A stretch of 64,000 nt of DNA from positions 1-64,000 of IMG/VR virus record IMGVR_UViG_3300043579_000163, one strand, 5' to 3'. The notes below the pieces were generated by a model, which worked only from the letters and a program-made list of their open reading frames with translations, was not told where the DNA came from and searched no databases. Position 1 is the stretch's first letter. Each line of letters begins with the position of its first letter. Shown here piece after piece: positions 1 to 7,991 of the stretch. The DNA is from a virus (lineage: Duplodnaviria > Caudoviricetes). A program made the translations under genes and the position numbers.

Positions 1-469
1 GTGCTACGGGTGCTACGGGACCAACTGGCGTAAACGGCCAGGATGGGGTTGATGGCAACAACGGCGCCACGGGCCCGACAGGCGCAACTGGCGCGAGTGG
101 ACCGACGGGGCCAACCGGTCCCACAGGCGCCACCGGGCCAACAGGACCAACTGGCGCAACAGGCGCCACAGGACCAACAGGTCCAACAGGTCCAACAGGT
201 CCAACCGGCGTAAACGGCCAAGATGGGGTTGATGGCAACAACGGCGCCACCGGGCCAACAGGTGCTACGGGTGCTACGGGTGCTACGGGTGCTACGGGTG
301 CTACGGGTGCTACGGGTGCTACGGGTGCTACGGGTGCTACGGGTGCTACGGGTGCTACGGGACCAACTGGCGTAAACGGCCAGGATGGGGTTGATGGCAA
401 CAACGGCGCCACGGGCCCGACAGGCGCAACTGGCGCGAGTGGACCGACGGGGCCAACCGGTCCCACAGG
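1..469 (+). repeat. Direct repeat: 1-127 is identical to 343-469 (period 342 bp); a second near-identical block at about 479-571 recurs at about 596-688
   Basis: Direct sequence comparison within the collagen region. Confidence 0.9.
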
Positions 470-1679
470 ACCGACTGGCGTAAATGGCCAAGATGGTGTT
501 GATGGCAACAATGGCGCAACGGGGCCAACAGGTCCGACGGGTGCAACGGGCGCTTCTGGACCAACAGGCGCTTCGGGACCAACTGGACCAACTGGCGTAA
601 ATGGCCAAGATGGTGTTGATGGCAACAATGGCGCAACGGGGCCGACAGGTCCGACGGGTGCAACGGGCGCTTCTGGACCAACAGGCGCGAGCGGGCCCAC
701 AGGTCCAACGGGCCCAACCGGTGCGGGACAGGCGGCGGACGTTCAAACTTTCACCGGCCCCGGAACATGGAACAAACCGACAGGAGCGAAAAGCGTCACG
801 GTTATTTGCGTTGGGGGTGGGGCCGGGGGAGGTGGCGGGACCACCGTCACTGGAGCAACGGGCAAACGCTCGGGCGGCGCTGGTGGAGGCGGCGGAGCGC
901 GGATGCAGGTAAACTTTAATGCTGATAATTTGCCCACAAGCGTCGCTGTAACCGGGGGGGCCCCTGGGACGGGCGGCAGCGGTAGCGGCGCGGCCAGTGG
1001 CGTGAACGGGGGAGCTGGGGGGTTCTCTTCGTTTGGGGCATTTGTTTTAGCTGGGGGCGGTGGAGGCGGAAAAGGGGCAGCGTCCGGCGGCTCCTCGGGG
1101 GCATCCGGTATCGGCGGCGGTGGCGGCGGCACAGCCGGTGACGGGGCCGCAGGGACCGGCGCCACTCCAGTGGCCGGTGGCGCTCCGGGCACAGGTGCCC
1201 AAGCCTTCGCTTTTGGAGGACAAGGTGGACAGGGCGGAACGGGTGCCGGCGGGGTTGCCGAATACGGCGGCGGAGGGGGTGGAGGCGGGGGAAGTCCGGT
1301 TGGTGCCGGGGTTGGTCCCGGGGGGAGTTCTTTTTACGGAGCTGGCGGTGGAGGCGGAGGCGGAGCAGTTACCACCGGGGCGGGACAAGTGCAAGGCGAG
1401 GGTGGAGGGGCCTGTAATTCTTACACGTCCGGCGCAGCGGCCAACGGTGGCACAGTAGGCGGAGGTAACGGGGGTCCCGGGTCCGGTGCTGGAACCGGTT
1501 TTCTCTGCGGCCAAGGCGGCGGCGGTGGCGGGGCCAACACAGGCGCGGGGGGAGACGGCGGCAACGGCGGATTCCCTGGCGGGGGCGGGGGCGGTGGTGG
1601 TTCGTCCATCACGGGTCCCACGGGAGGCACTGGCGGAACTGGCGGCACAGGACAAGTAACCGTTATAACACATTTTTAA
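3..1679 (+). CDS. Collagen-like (Gly-X-Y) fibre protein with C-terminal glycine-rich domain, 5' truncated
   Basis: Frame 3 is open from base 3 ([27 protein letters not shown]...) through [27 protein letters not shown] into the listed 903..1679 ORF; about 240 codons of Gly-X-Y precede the Gly-rich domain. Confidence 0.85.
   Translation, partial: ATGATGPTGVNGQDGVDGNNGATGPTGATGASGPTGPTGPTGATGPTGPTGATGATGPTGPTGPTGPTGVNGQDGVDGNNGATGPTGATGATGATGATGATGATGATGATGATGATGATGPTGVNGQDGVDGNNGATGPTGATGASGPTGPTGPTGPTGVNGQDGVDGNNGATGPTGPTGATGASGPTGASGPTGPTGVNGQDGVDGNNGATGPTGPTGATGASGPTGASGPTGPTGPTGAGQAADVQTFTGPGTWNKPTGAKSVTVICVGGGAGGGGGTTVTGATGKRSGGAGGGGGARMQVNFNADNLPTSVAVTGGAPGTGGSGSGAASGVNGGAGGFSSFGAFVLAGGGGGGKGAASGGSSGASGIGGGGGGTAGDGAAGTGATPVAGGAPGTGAQAFAFGGQGGQGGTGAGGVAEYGGGGGGGGGSPVGAGVGPGGSSFYGAGGGGGGGAVTTGAGQVQGEGGGACNSYTSGAAANGGTVGGGNGGPGSGAGTGFLCGQGGGGGGANTGAGGDGGNGGFPGGGGGGGGSSITGPTGGTGGTGGTGQVTVITHF
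261..359 (+). repeat. Perfect 9-bp tandem repeat (GGTGCTACG)x11 encoding (Gly-Ala-Thr)11
   Basis: Counted directly in the sequence. Confidence 0.95.
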
Positions 1680-1716
1680 ACGGGGGCAAAACAGCCCTCA
1701 CAACCCAAGGAAAAAT

Positions 1717-2040
1717 ATGGCAGTATACACACCAAAAGAGCTACGTGTTCCGACGGCGCTCACCGCGACATACGCGGTCGTTTACACGGCAACCGCAGTA
1801 ACCGGCATCATGCGAACCTTCGCGTTCAATGTGCTGACCACAACGCACAATGCTTTTCTTGCCCGCGGCACGGGCGGAGAGGGCACCGTGATTGTGGAGA
1901 ACCAAGTCATCACCCCCGGAGTGCCCCTGACAGGAAACGGTTGGTGGGTCATCCCATCCGCCGGCACGCTAGAAGCGAAGGCCGATTCCATCGCGACCAA
2001 CGCACCGAACTTCGGCGCGTGGGGGTATGAATACGTCTAA
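1717..2040 (+). CDS. Small beta-rich virion-associated protein (hypothetical)
   Basis: 107 aa ORF directly after the fibre gene, Thr/Ala/Val-rich. Confidence 0.65.
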   Translation: MAVYTPKELRVPTALTATYAVVYTATAVTGIMRTFAFNVLTTTHNAFLARGTGGEGTVIVENQVITPGVPLTGNGWWVIPSAGTLEAKADSIATNAPNFGAWGYEYV

Positions 2041-2269
2041 GCCTCTCTTTTCGCCGCTATACACACGCGTCGTGCCGGGCACCCAGCTCGTCACGCGCGG
2101 CGTGTATGTTTACGAGTGCCCCCTGTGCAAAAACCGGTTCCGCTTCGATGACCGATACGAACCAATCTGCACGGGGCCCTCGGCGAACAGGGACGACCAC
2201 GCACCAGAGGTGATGCGGCTGATAAAAATCAGTCGAGCGTGTCCCAACCCTTTTCCCAGCGCGTCATGA
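2027..2269 (+). CDS. Small hypothetical protein with CPLC...C...H putative Zn-binding motif
   Basis: YECPLCKNRFRFDDRYEPICTGP...DDH; overlaps the upstream stop. Confidence 0.55.
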   Translation: MNTSKPLFSPLYTRVVPGTQLVTRGVYVYECPLCKNRFRFDDRYEPICTGPSANRDDHAPEVMRLIKISRACPNPFPSAS

Positions 2270-3332
2270 GACGCTCGAAGTAGCGCTGGTAGTCGTGGCG
2301 GAGGTTCCACATCGAGTATTTGTCGATGGCGCGAGTCAGGATATACTTCCTGTCCAGCCCCTCGACCTGCTTAACCGCGCGAACAAACTCTCCCAGGTAG
2401 GAGCAGCGAAAACCGGTTTTTCCCTGTTCGACGGTCTCGGTGAACCCGCCCCAGTCGGTCGAGATGACCGGCGTCCCGCAAAGCTGCGCCTCGACGGCCA
2501 CGCAGTTGAAGGGCTCGAGATAAAGCGTGGGCGTCATCACTGCTCGCGCCTTTGACATGACTTCATTGCGCTCCTCCCAATCCAGAGGACCCAGATACTC
2601 GCCTCCGTAAGACTTCACGCTGTCAAGAATACGCTGCCCCTCTTTCCCCTCACCGTGTCCGATGACCTTAAACGCAACGCCGGCTGCCTTCGCTGCTTCA
2701 CAAGCAAGATGGACTCCCTTTCTCTCCGTTAGACGCCCTACGTAAAGTAAGAAGTCCTCACTCTTTTTGTTGAACACAAATTGGTCGGGGTCAAAAAACA
2801 CGGGGATGACGGTGTCATAAAAGCGTCCATCACCTATGTTCTGTTTTCCGTAACATACGTGCATCCACGCGCGGCTCTCAAAGACCCGATGGTCGCAAAA
2901 GTTGCCCTCATATCCGATAGAATACTCCACCCCCATCAGGTCTGGATTGAAATCAAAGACCAGTTTTTGGCTGGCCCCGCCAATGGACAGCAGCAGGTCT
3001 CTCGGCTGCTTTCGGCGGGCAACCTCCGCCGCCGCACAGGCATTGCTGCGTTGCCAGAGAGGGCGCGTTTGGTCCATTACCACATGTTGATACTTACAGT
3101 TCCCCGCGGGGGCCGCTTCCAGCAGGGCCCGCCGTTCACGTTCCGAGATAATCTGCACAAACTCGTCGCAGGGGGCATCGCTACCCTCTGCTCCGTAGAG
3201 GATGACGTAGTGCCCCAGGGACTTCATCATCCTCGCGAAACGGTGGCCCGCTGCCGCGAAGCCGTCGAGGGAATAGTCCAGATTGACGGGAGCGTTGGGC
3301 AGGCCCAGGAGATGCATCCGTAGGGGCTTCAT
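2229..3332 (-). CDS. Glycosyltransferase family 4 (GT-B fold)
   Basis: FLLYVGRLTERKG and EPFNCVAVEAQLCGTPVISTDWGGFTETV (E-x7-E retaining GT motif). Confidence 0.9.
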   Translation of the reverse strand: MKPLRMHLLGLPNAPVNLDYSLDGFAAAGHRFARMMKSLGHYVILYGAEGSDAPCDEFVQIISERERRALLEAAPAGNCKYQHVVMDQTRPLWQRSNACAAAEVARRKQPRDLLLSIGGASQKLVFDFNPDLMGVEYSIGYEGNFCDHRVFESRAWMHVCYGKQNIGDGRFYDTVIPVFFDPDQFVFNKKSEDFLLYVGRLTERKGVHLACEAAKAAGVAFKVIGHGEGKEGQRILDSVKSYGGEYLGPLDWEERNEVMSKARAVMTPTLYLEPFNCVAVEAQLCGTPVISTDWGGFTETVEQGKTGFRCSYLGEFVRAVKQVEGLDRKYILTRAIDKYSMWNLRHDYQRYFERLMTRWEKGWDTLD

Positions 3333-3535
3333 GTCAGGACGACTCCCCTGTAGGTAAGCGCCAGAATGGCGGCTCCCGGCCTGTTCCTCTTGAAAATCAG
3401 CACGGCCTCATCAAAGGTGGCGGCGACCACTTTATCAAGAGGGCAGTTTTGGATGGACTCGTCGACGGTGGGGAGGGGCGACCTCGGGCCCGTGACAAAC
3501 TGGGGTTCTATATACCGGAATTCGTAGATGTTCAT
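3329..3535 (-). CDS. Hypothetical protein (start probably MNIYEF at 3535)
   Basis: Stop overlaps the GT4 start; weak promoter TTGCGA-17-TAGCTT upstream. Confidence 0.55.
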   Translation of the reverse strand: MNIYEFRYIEPQFVTGPRSPLPTVDESIQNCPLDKVVAATFDEAVLIFKRNRPGAAILALTYRGVVLT

Positions 3536-3585
3536 GGTCCGAGAAGCTAACACGGTCTGGACAAACTCGCAAACTTTACCCCGGG

Positions 3586-3617
3586 AAAAAGAAGGGCCCC
3601 GTCCTTGGGGCCTTTTG
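3586..3617. terminator. Putative bidirectional intrinsic terminator
   Basis: AAAAAGAAGGGCCCC-GTCCTT-GGGGCCTTTT: GC stem with one bulge, A-run on one side and T-run on the other. Confidence 0.5.
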
Positions 3618-3809
3618 TCGGTGGGACTTTTTGGCTCCGCGATTTGAAGTCCGCATTAGGAGGACCGCGAGCCGGATAAATTATTCTGGGGCGGGTTCCC
3701 GCCTCTTGTGTTTATGGAGCCGGTTGGCGCGGCACCAATCACACTTCCCGCCGGGCCGGCAGTGGACTTGTCGAGGCTCATCGGCGCTTTTGTTGACTGT
3801 CGATTAGGC

Positions 3810-4139
3810 TCATCGCATCTTCCTCGGTAAGAATTTCTCCGCTCTGGGTCCTACGCGTGCTGGAAAAGGAATCGTCGGAGTTCGCTCCAAAGGAGTGAAC
3901 AATCGAGAGGAATTCTCCGGCCCCCACGGAGATGTGTCCGTTCCGGAAGGACTTTCGCCAGCACTTGTAACCAAGAGCATCGATGGCGAATCATCCGCAA
4001 AATCCCAAAGCTCAGTGCGATGAATGATTCCCTGCCCATCAGGAGTAGAAAGCGTCCGGTCGAACATATCGACCTGAATGCCGTGAGCAACCAAGCGAAC
4101 TTCAACGGTAAGATGGGCGTATTTCGGAGGCTTTTTCAT
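3810..4139 (-). CDS. Hypothetical protein
   Basis: Start MKKPPK at 4139 overlaps the upstream stop (ATGA). Confidence 0.55.
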   Translation of the reverse strand: MKKPPKYAHLTVEVRLVAHGIQVDMFDRTLSTPDGQGIIHRTELWDFADDSPSMLLVTSAGESPSGTDTSPWGPENSSRLFTPLERTPTIPFPARVGPRAEKFLPRKMR

Positions 4140-4354
4140 CGGGTGATTGTTAAGAATCGGTTGCCAAGTGTAGGAAGATTGAAGATGTCCAGTTCGCTTC
4201 TCCAAAAATCAGAGCAAACGATCACAGTATGCCCTTCAAAGTCTTTGAGGCGCTCGTGCTGCCACCAAATGCCCGCATATTTGATGCGCCCGCCCTTCCT
4301 GATAATCCGCTCGCATTGGGCAATCTGGCCATCCAGTGCGCGCTTATCATTCAT
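4136..4354 (-). CDS. Hypothetical protein
   Basis: Start MNDKRAL at 4354 overlaps the end of the upstream gene; tight operon packing. Confidence 0.55.
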   Translation of the reverse strand: MNDKRALDGQIAQCERIIRKGGRIKYAGIWWQHERLKDFEGHTVIVCSDFWRSELDIFNLPTLGNRFLTITR

Positions 4355-4589
4355 CGCCGTTGTATCCCTTCCTGAAGTAGTCCTCGACGCACTCGCCATT
4401 GACCCAAACCTGCGCGTAACGAATCGGCTCGGAAGATTCGATGCGCTGCTGGTAATCGTCGGTCAGGTAGTACTTTGCCCGCTTCTTCGCTTCTGCGATT
4501 GTGTCGAACGAATCCACAATGTCGCACTGGTGATCGAGGACTTGGCTTTGAGTCTTCGCCGCTCTTACTTCGATTTGGTTTGCTTTCAT
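4347..4589 (-). CDS. Hypothetical protein (leaderless)
   Basis: ATG lies 6 nt after a TTGACA-16-TATTTT promoter. Confidence 0.7.
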   Translation of the reverse strand: MKANQIEVRAAKTQSQVLDHQCDIVDSFDTIAEAKKRAKYYLTDDYQQRIESSEPIRYAQVWVNGECVEDYFRKGYNGDE

Positions 4590-4595
4590 GGCCCT

Positions 4596-4623
4596 AAAAT
4601 ACCCAACAGTTAGCTATTGTCAA
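4596..4623 (-). promoter_or_regulatory. Class I sigma70-like promoter, leaderless
   Basis: TTGACA-16-TATTTT-6-ATG. Confidence 0.75.
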
Positions 4624-4733
4624 CAACAAAATGAAAAGACCCACTACCAGTTTTTGTATTTGCACGTTCTCATAAATTCAAGAGGGCCGGCGTTGGTTTC
4701 CACAGTCCGTGCCGCCGTCACCGGCCCTCAAAG

Positions 4734-4973
4734 TCAGGCAAGATTCAGGTCCACGTTGAAAAGGCAGAGCGCCAGCTTCTTATAAAGCGGAACGCGAATG
4801 TTCATCGCAGCGAGCACCGGGTCTAGCTTGTCCCAGGCGTAGAATTCGCCACAATACTTTCCGTCGACTTTCAAGATGGTTGATGTGCGGAACCCGACGG
4901 GCGCAGAGAGCATCACGCGGACCGGCTTTGCAGTTTTGAATTTCATATTCACGTCCTCACTGTCGCACGTCAC
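4734..4973 (-). CDS. Hypothetical protein
   Basis: GTG start overlaps the helicase stop; 79 aa. Confidence 0.55.
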   Translation of the reverse strand: MTCDSEDVNMKFKTAKPVRVMLSAPVGFRTSTILKVDGKYCGEFYAWDKLDPVLAAMNIRVPLYKKLALCLFNVDLNLA

Positions 4974-6604
4974 ACGCCCACAATCAAGGTCTTTTTTGCG
5001 CGCGTGACCGCGACGTAGAAAATGTTGGCCTCCTCCCCGTCCTTACCCTTGAAGCTGCTGTTGACCAAGCAGACCGTGTCCCACTCGAGCCCCTTGGCCT
5101 TGTGGACCGAGCTACAGACCACGGCGGGGGTCCGGTTGCCGCTGCTGTCCTGGAAAATCTCAGTGATGCGGGCCTCGACCTGGGAGACGTTCGTGCAGCC
5201 GTCGGCGATAGCCGTAAGCGTCGCGACTTGGTCCTGGACCAGCTCCACCTTGCTCTGGACGTGCTTCCCCCCGCCGGCCCGCGCGCGGGAGCACTGACGG
5301 TCACCCCACAGGGCCAGCTTGGACAGGAACTGGGGCACGCTCTTGGCCTTCAGCTTACGGACCATGCCCACAAGCTGCTGGCCGATGTCGCGGCCTTCCA
5401 CGCGGGCCGGTATCCCGCGGCGCAGCAGGCCCAGGCAGATGCCCATCAGCGGGGCGTTCAGGCGGCTCAGGACGGCGTCACCGGGGGCGAGCGTGGCAAC
5501 CGCGGCGTTCAAGGTCATCTCGACCACTTCTCCTTCCGGTGCGCTCGGGGCCGCGGTGTAGTCCTCCACGATGGTGTTGGCCAGGGCGACTACGCTTTTC
5601 GGGCAGCGGTAGGTCGTGGTGAGCCCCAGGGTGCCGGCGTTCAAGCGCTGGCGCATCAGGTGCATCCCGTCAGAAGCGGCTCCGCGGAACCCGTAGATGG
5701 CTTGGCGGTCGTCGCCCACGATGCAGATGCGGCCACCGGGCTTGCAGGAGCGTTCAGCCATCAAAAGCTGGGGCATGTTCATGTCCTGGGCCTCGTCGAC
5801 CACGACCAGGGAAAAGGTCGGCTTCACCCAGCCGGCGGCGACCGGGAGCCAGACCATGTCATTGAAGCTGATACGCGCGAAGGCATCCTTTTCCAGCGTG
5901 AGCCGGAGCACGTCAATCGCGAGCTGCGCCAGCTTGGCCGGCGGGAAGGCCAGCTCCAGCTCGTCCGGCGCGCAAATGTCTCTGGAATCCGCCAGCTCGA
6001 GGACCTCGTTCAGGTCGGGCACGTTCACGAAGCTGTTCTTGCAGAAGCCGACCAGCTTGACGACCTGGGTGACAATTTCCTCGGGCATCCCGGGGCTCAC
6101 GCGCTCGATGCGGTCGAACTCGACGTTGTCCTCGGGCTTCGCATCGGCCCACATGCGCTTGATGAAAAAGAAACCCAGGGAGTGCAGCGTCTTGACCTCA
6201 ACGCGGGCGTCGGTGATTTTCTCCTGCGCCTCAACCTGGTTCTTCTTGTTGAACACGGCGTAGAACAGGCGCCCGGCCTCGGGGGCGTGGTTGAAGGCCT
6301 CCTTGATGGTGGTGGTCTTGCCCGTGCCCGCGCGCGCTTGGACAACCATGTTGCCGGAGCCCTGTGCGAACCACTGGAAAATGTTGAGCTGCTCGTCGGA
6401 CCACGCGGGCTGGACATTGGTGCCGCTGTTCACGCGCGCCGTGGTGGTCCCCCTGCCAGAGACCAGCGCGAGGGCCTTCTCGGCGACCTCGGCCCGGACG
6501 GTCCAGCACTTCTTGACTCCATTCCACCGTGCGCCCAGGGCTTTGAGGGATTCCTTGACCGGATAGGTGTTTCCCGTAATCTCAACAAAAGCTGTTTCAC
6601 TCAT
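4970..6604 (-). CDS. UvrD/Rep-like superfamily 1 helicase with small N-terminal extra domain
   Basis: ARAGTGKTT (Walker A), VVVDEAQDM (Walker B), VGDDRQAIYGFRGA, TYRCPKSVV, SVHKAKGLEWD, EEANIFYVAVTRAK. Confidence 0.93.
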   Translation of the reverse strand: MSETAFVEITGNTYPVKESLKALGARWNGVKKCWTVRAEVAEKALALVSGRGTTTARVNSGTNVQPAWSDEQLNIFQWFAQGSGNMVVQARAGTGKTTTIKEAFNHAPEAGRLFYAVFNKKNQVEAQEKITDARVEVKTLHSLGFFFIKRMWADAKPEDNVEFDRIERVSPGMPEEIVTQVVKLVGFCKNSFVNVPDLNEVLELADSRDICAPDELELAFPPAKLAQLAIDVLRLTLEKDAFARISFNDMVWLPVAAGWVKPTFSLVVVDEAQDMNMPQLLMAERSCKPGGRICIVGDDRQAIYGFRGAASDGMHLMRQRLNAGTLGLTTTYRCPKSVVALANTIVEDYTAAPSAPEGEVVEMTLNAAVATLAPGDAVLSRLNAPLMGICLGLLRRGIPARVEGRDIGQQLVGMVRKLKAKSVPQFLSKLALWGDRQCSRARAGGGKHVQSKVELVQDQVATLTAIADGCTNVSQVEARITEIFQDSSGNRTPAVVCSSVHKAKGLEWDTVCLVNSSFKGKDGEEANIFYVAVTRAKKTLIVGV

Positions 6605-6610
6605 GCGGTT

Positions 6611-6638
6611 AATTTACCACGGGCGAGGCGGGTGTCAA
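6611..6638 (-). promoter_or_regulatory. Class I promoter, leaderless
   Basis: TTGACA-16-TAAATT-6-ATG; the 20-mer CGTGGTAAATTAACCGCATG is identical to the one at 7203-7222. Confidence 0.8.
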
Positions 6639-6642
6639 GGGC

Positions 6643-6846
6643 CTATTTCAATCGAGTTTTTGTCACCACACCAATCCGGAACCCGGGGCAGCCGGACAAG
6701 GCAAACCAAGTTCGCCCGTCGGGTGACGTGCAGCTCCGGCAGACCAAGAGCGCCGGGAACAGCGGCCCACCGCACTCACAGCGGTGCCGCTTCAGAAGCC
6801 GGCGCATGAAAAAGACGCGCCGGCAGGCCTTGCAAGCAGCGTTCAA
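6643..6846 (-). CDS. Small Cys-rich putative zinc-binding protein
   Basis: CKAC...CEC...CRSC; start overlaps the upstream stop. Confidence 0.5.
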   Translation of the reverse strand: MNAACKACRRVFFMRRLLKRHRCECGGPLFPALLVCRSCTSPDGRTWFALSGCPGFRIGVVTKTRLK

Positions 6847-7205
6847 AACGGGATTTCGTCGGTTTCAACCAACACGGCCTCGCGGGGTGCGCGCGCGAAG
6901 GGCCAGATTTCAATCCGCTCGTCGCCCAGCGGGTGGTGGTGCTTCGCAGCCTGCTCGGCCACCACGAGGCGGTCCGGCCCAAAGGCCAGGATGGTGCAGC
7001 GGTCACCAAGAACGGCGTCAGTGATGGGGCAATACTCTGGGGACCACTCCACCGCGACGTGCAGGCCGTCCTGGACCAGGGACAGGGCCCGAACCCGGTC
7101 GCCCCCATTGCGGCGCATCGAGGACGCCGCCGCGGCGCGCTGATAGTCGTTGGTGAACCCGTCGTTTTCCGCCTCCAGCTCATTGCGTTCTTGCTCGTTC
7201 ATCAT
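6843..7205 (-). CDS. Hypothetical acidic protein ending in DEIPF (leaderless)
   Basis: Promoter abuts the ATG; C-terminus ETDEIPF. Confidence 0.7.
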   Translation of the reverse strand: MMNEQERNELEAENDGFTNDYQRAAAASSMRRNGGDRVRALSLVQDGLHVAVEWSPEYCPITDAVLGDRCTILAFGPDRLVVAEQAAKHHHPLGDERIEIWPFARAPREAVLVETDEIPF

Positions 7206-7211
7206 GCGGTT

Positions 7212-7239
7212 AATTTACCACGGTTCCGGACCCCGTCAA
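7212..7239 (-). promoter_or_regulatory. Class I promoter, leaderless
   Basis: TTGACG-16-TAAATT-6-ATG. Confidence 0.8.
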
Positions 7240-7254
7240 GGGCAAAAAATAGGT

Positions 7255-7409
7255 TGGCATGGTGGGGGATTGAACCTCCTGGCGCACCTCGCGAAGCGCG
7301 CCCTCCACAATCCAGGCTCCGAATGCCGGGCGGCGTCATACGCCCCAGGGACCAACCCAGGGCTTTTGCAAAGCACCGTAGTCTCCCGACCTCCGCCTGT
7401 TACCGTGCC
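7255..7409 (-). ncRNA. Expanded tRNA-like RNA (155 nt)
   Basis: 5' GGCACGG pairs 3' CCATGCC-A (6/7); GGAGG-TTCAATC-CCCCA imperfect T-arm; about 120 nt multi-hairpin insert; flanked by T-runs. Confidence 0.5.
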
Positions 7410-7411
7410 AT

Positions 7412-7634
7412 AAAAATTGTCCTCGCCACAGTTTCGAACTGTGCCTTTCGAGACTTGCCCGACGTGCTACCAACCACACTCACGAGGTTGCTGACGGGTG
7501 ACGGTCCCCGGATTACACAGACACTGTCCCGGTTTCCCACTGTGGCGCATGGGCGGGGCTATTCTGTTCATCACCCTCGCTAACGCGTTACACTACGTCC
7601 TTCCATCTGGCTCCGTTACGAGCACTATCAGCAC
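7412..7634 (-). ncRNA. Putative structured non-coding RNA (about 220 nt)
   Basis: Own promoter with no ATG following; stems GTGCTG/TAGCAC, GGGTGA/TCACCC, CCTCG/CGAGG, CACAGTT/AACTGTG, GG-GAAA-CC; ends at a T-run. Confidence 0.55.
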
Positions 7635-7637
7635 CTC

Positions 7638-7665
7638 AACCTACCACACCAGGGCCCGGCGTCAA
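7638..7665 (-). promoter_or_regulatory. Class I promoter driving the non-coding region
   Basis: TTGACG-16-TAGGTT. Confidence 0.7.
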
Positions 7666-7940
7666 ATTCTTTTTCCAGCAATCGCAGTATGTCCCGGTTT
7701 CGATATACCCATCGCAGGAGCACCGACGAGGAGGCTCACCCGTTTTCGAGGGAGGAAAAGCCGGGTGAAACTCGTGGTAGCGCGTCTCTTCCGTTGCGTC
7801 CACCGCTGCCAGTAGTTGTAAGGGTCCGTATCGCCGTCACAACGCCAGTTCCAGCCGTTACTCTTCTCTCGCGTTACCCCAAGCATGAACACATTCGGGT
7901 GTTCCTTGGTATAGCGTCTCCGTTTGACTTGGTGCTTCAT
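7662..7940 (-). CDS. Hypothetical basic protein
   Basis: 92 aa ORF filling the gap between a terminator and a promoter. Confidence 0.5.
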   Translation of the reverse strand: MKHQVKRRRYTKEHPNVFMLGVTREKSNGWNWRCDGDTDPYNYWQRWTQRKRRATTSFTRLFLPRKRVSLLVGAPAMGISKPGHTAIAGKRI

Positions 7941-7972
7941 GAAAAGAAAACGGGCGGGTTCCCTCCCGCCCT
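7941..7972 (-). terminator. Intrinsic terminator
   Basis: Minus strand GGGCGGG-AGGGAA-CCCGCCC followed by GTTTTCTTTTC. Confidence 0.75.
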
Positions 7973-7991
7973 TACGCCGTCCGTGGGAATC

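Noticed and set aside
743-1673. Pro-rich minus-strand ORFs, and the alternative-frame poly-Arg/Pro/Gly ORFs at 32861-33414
   Set aside because: By-products of Gly-rich and Ala-rich low-complexity coding on the real frame
4681-4731. GAGGGCCGG/CCGGCCCTC 9-bp stem as an ncRNA
   Set aside because: Sits right after a stop codon and before a T-rich tract on the minus strand; more simply a terminator-like hairpin
5102-7024. 640-aa plus-strand ORF (and similar long ORFs at 7689, 8911, 25763, 27647, 37032, 42153, 48310)
   Set aside because: Antisense shadows of well-supported genes in GC-rich DNA; no motifs
7255-7634. tmRNA, group I or group II intron
   Set aside because: No G3-U70 pair or tag ORF, no group II domain V, no group I P7 consensus seen, and no split gene flanks it
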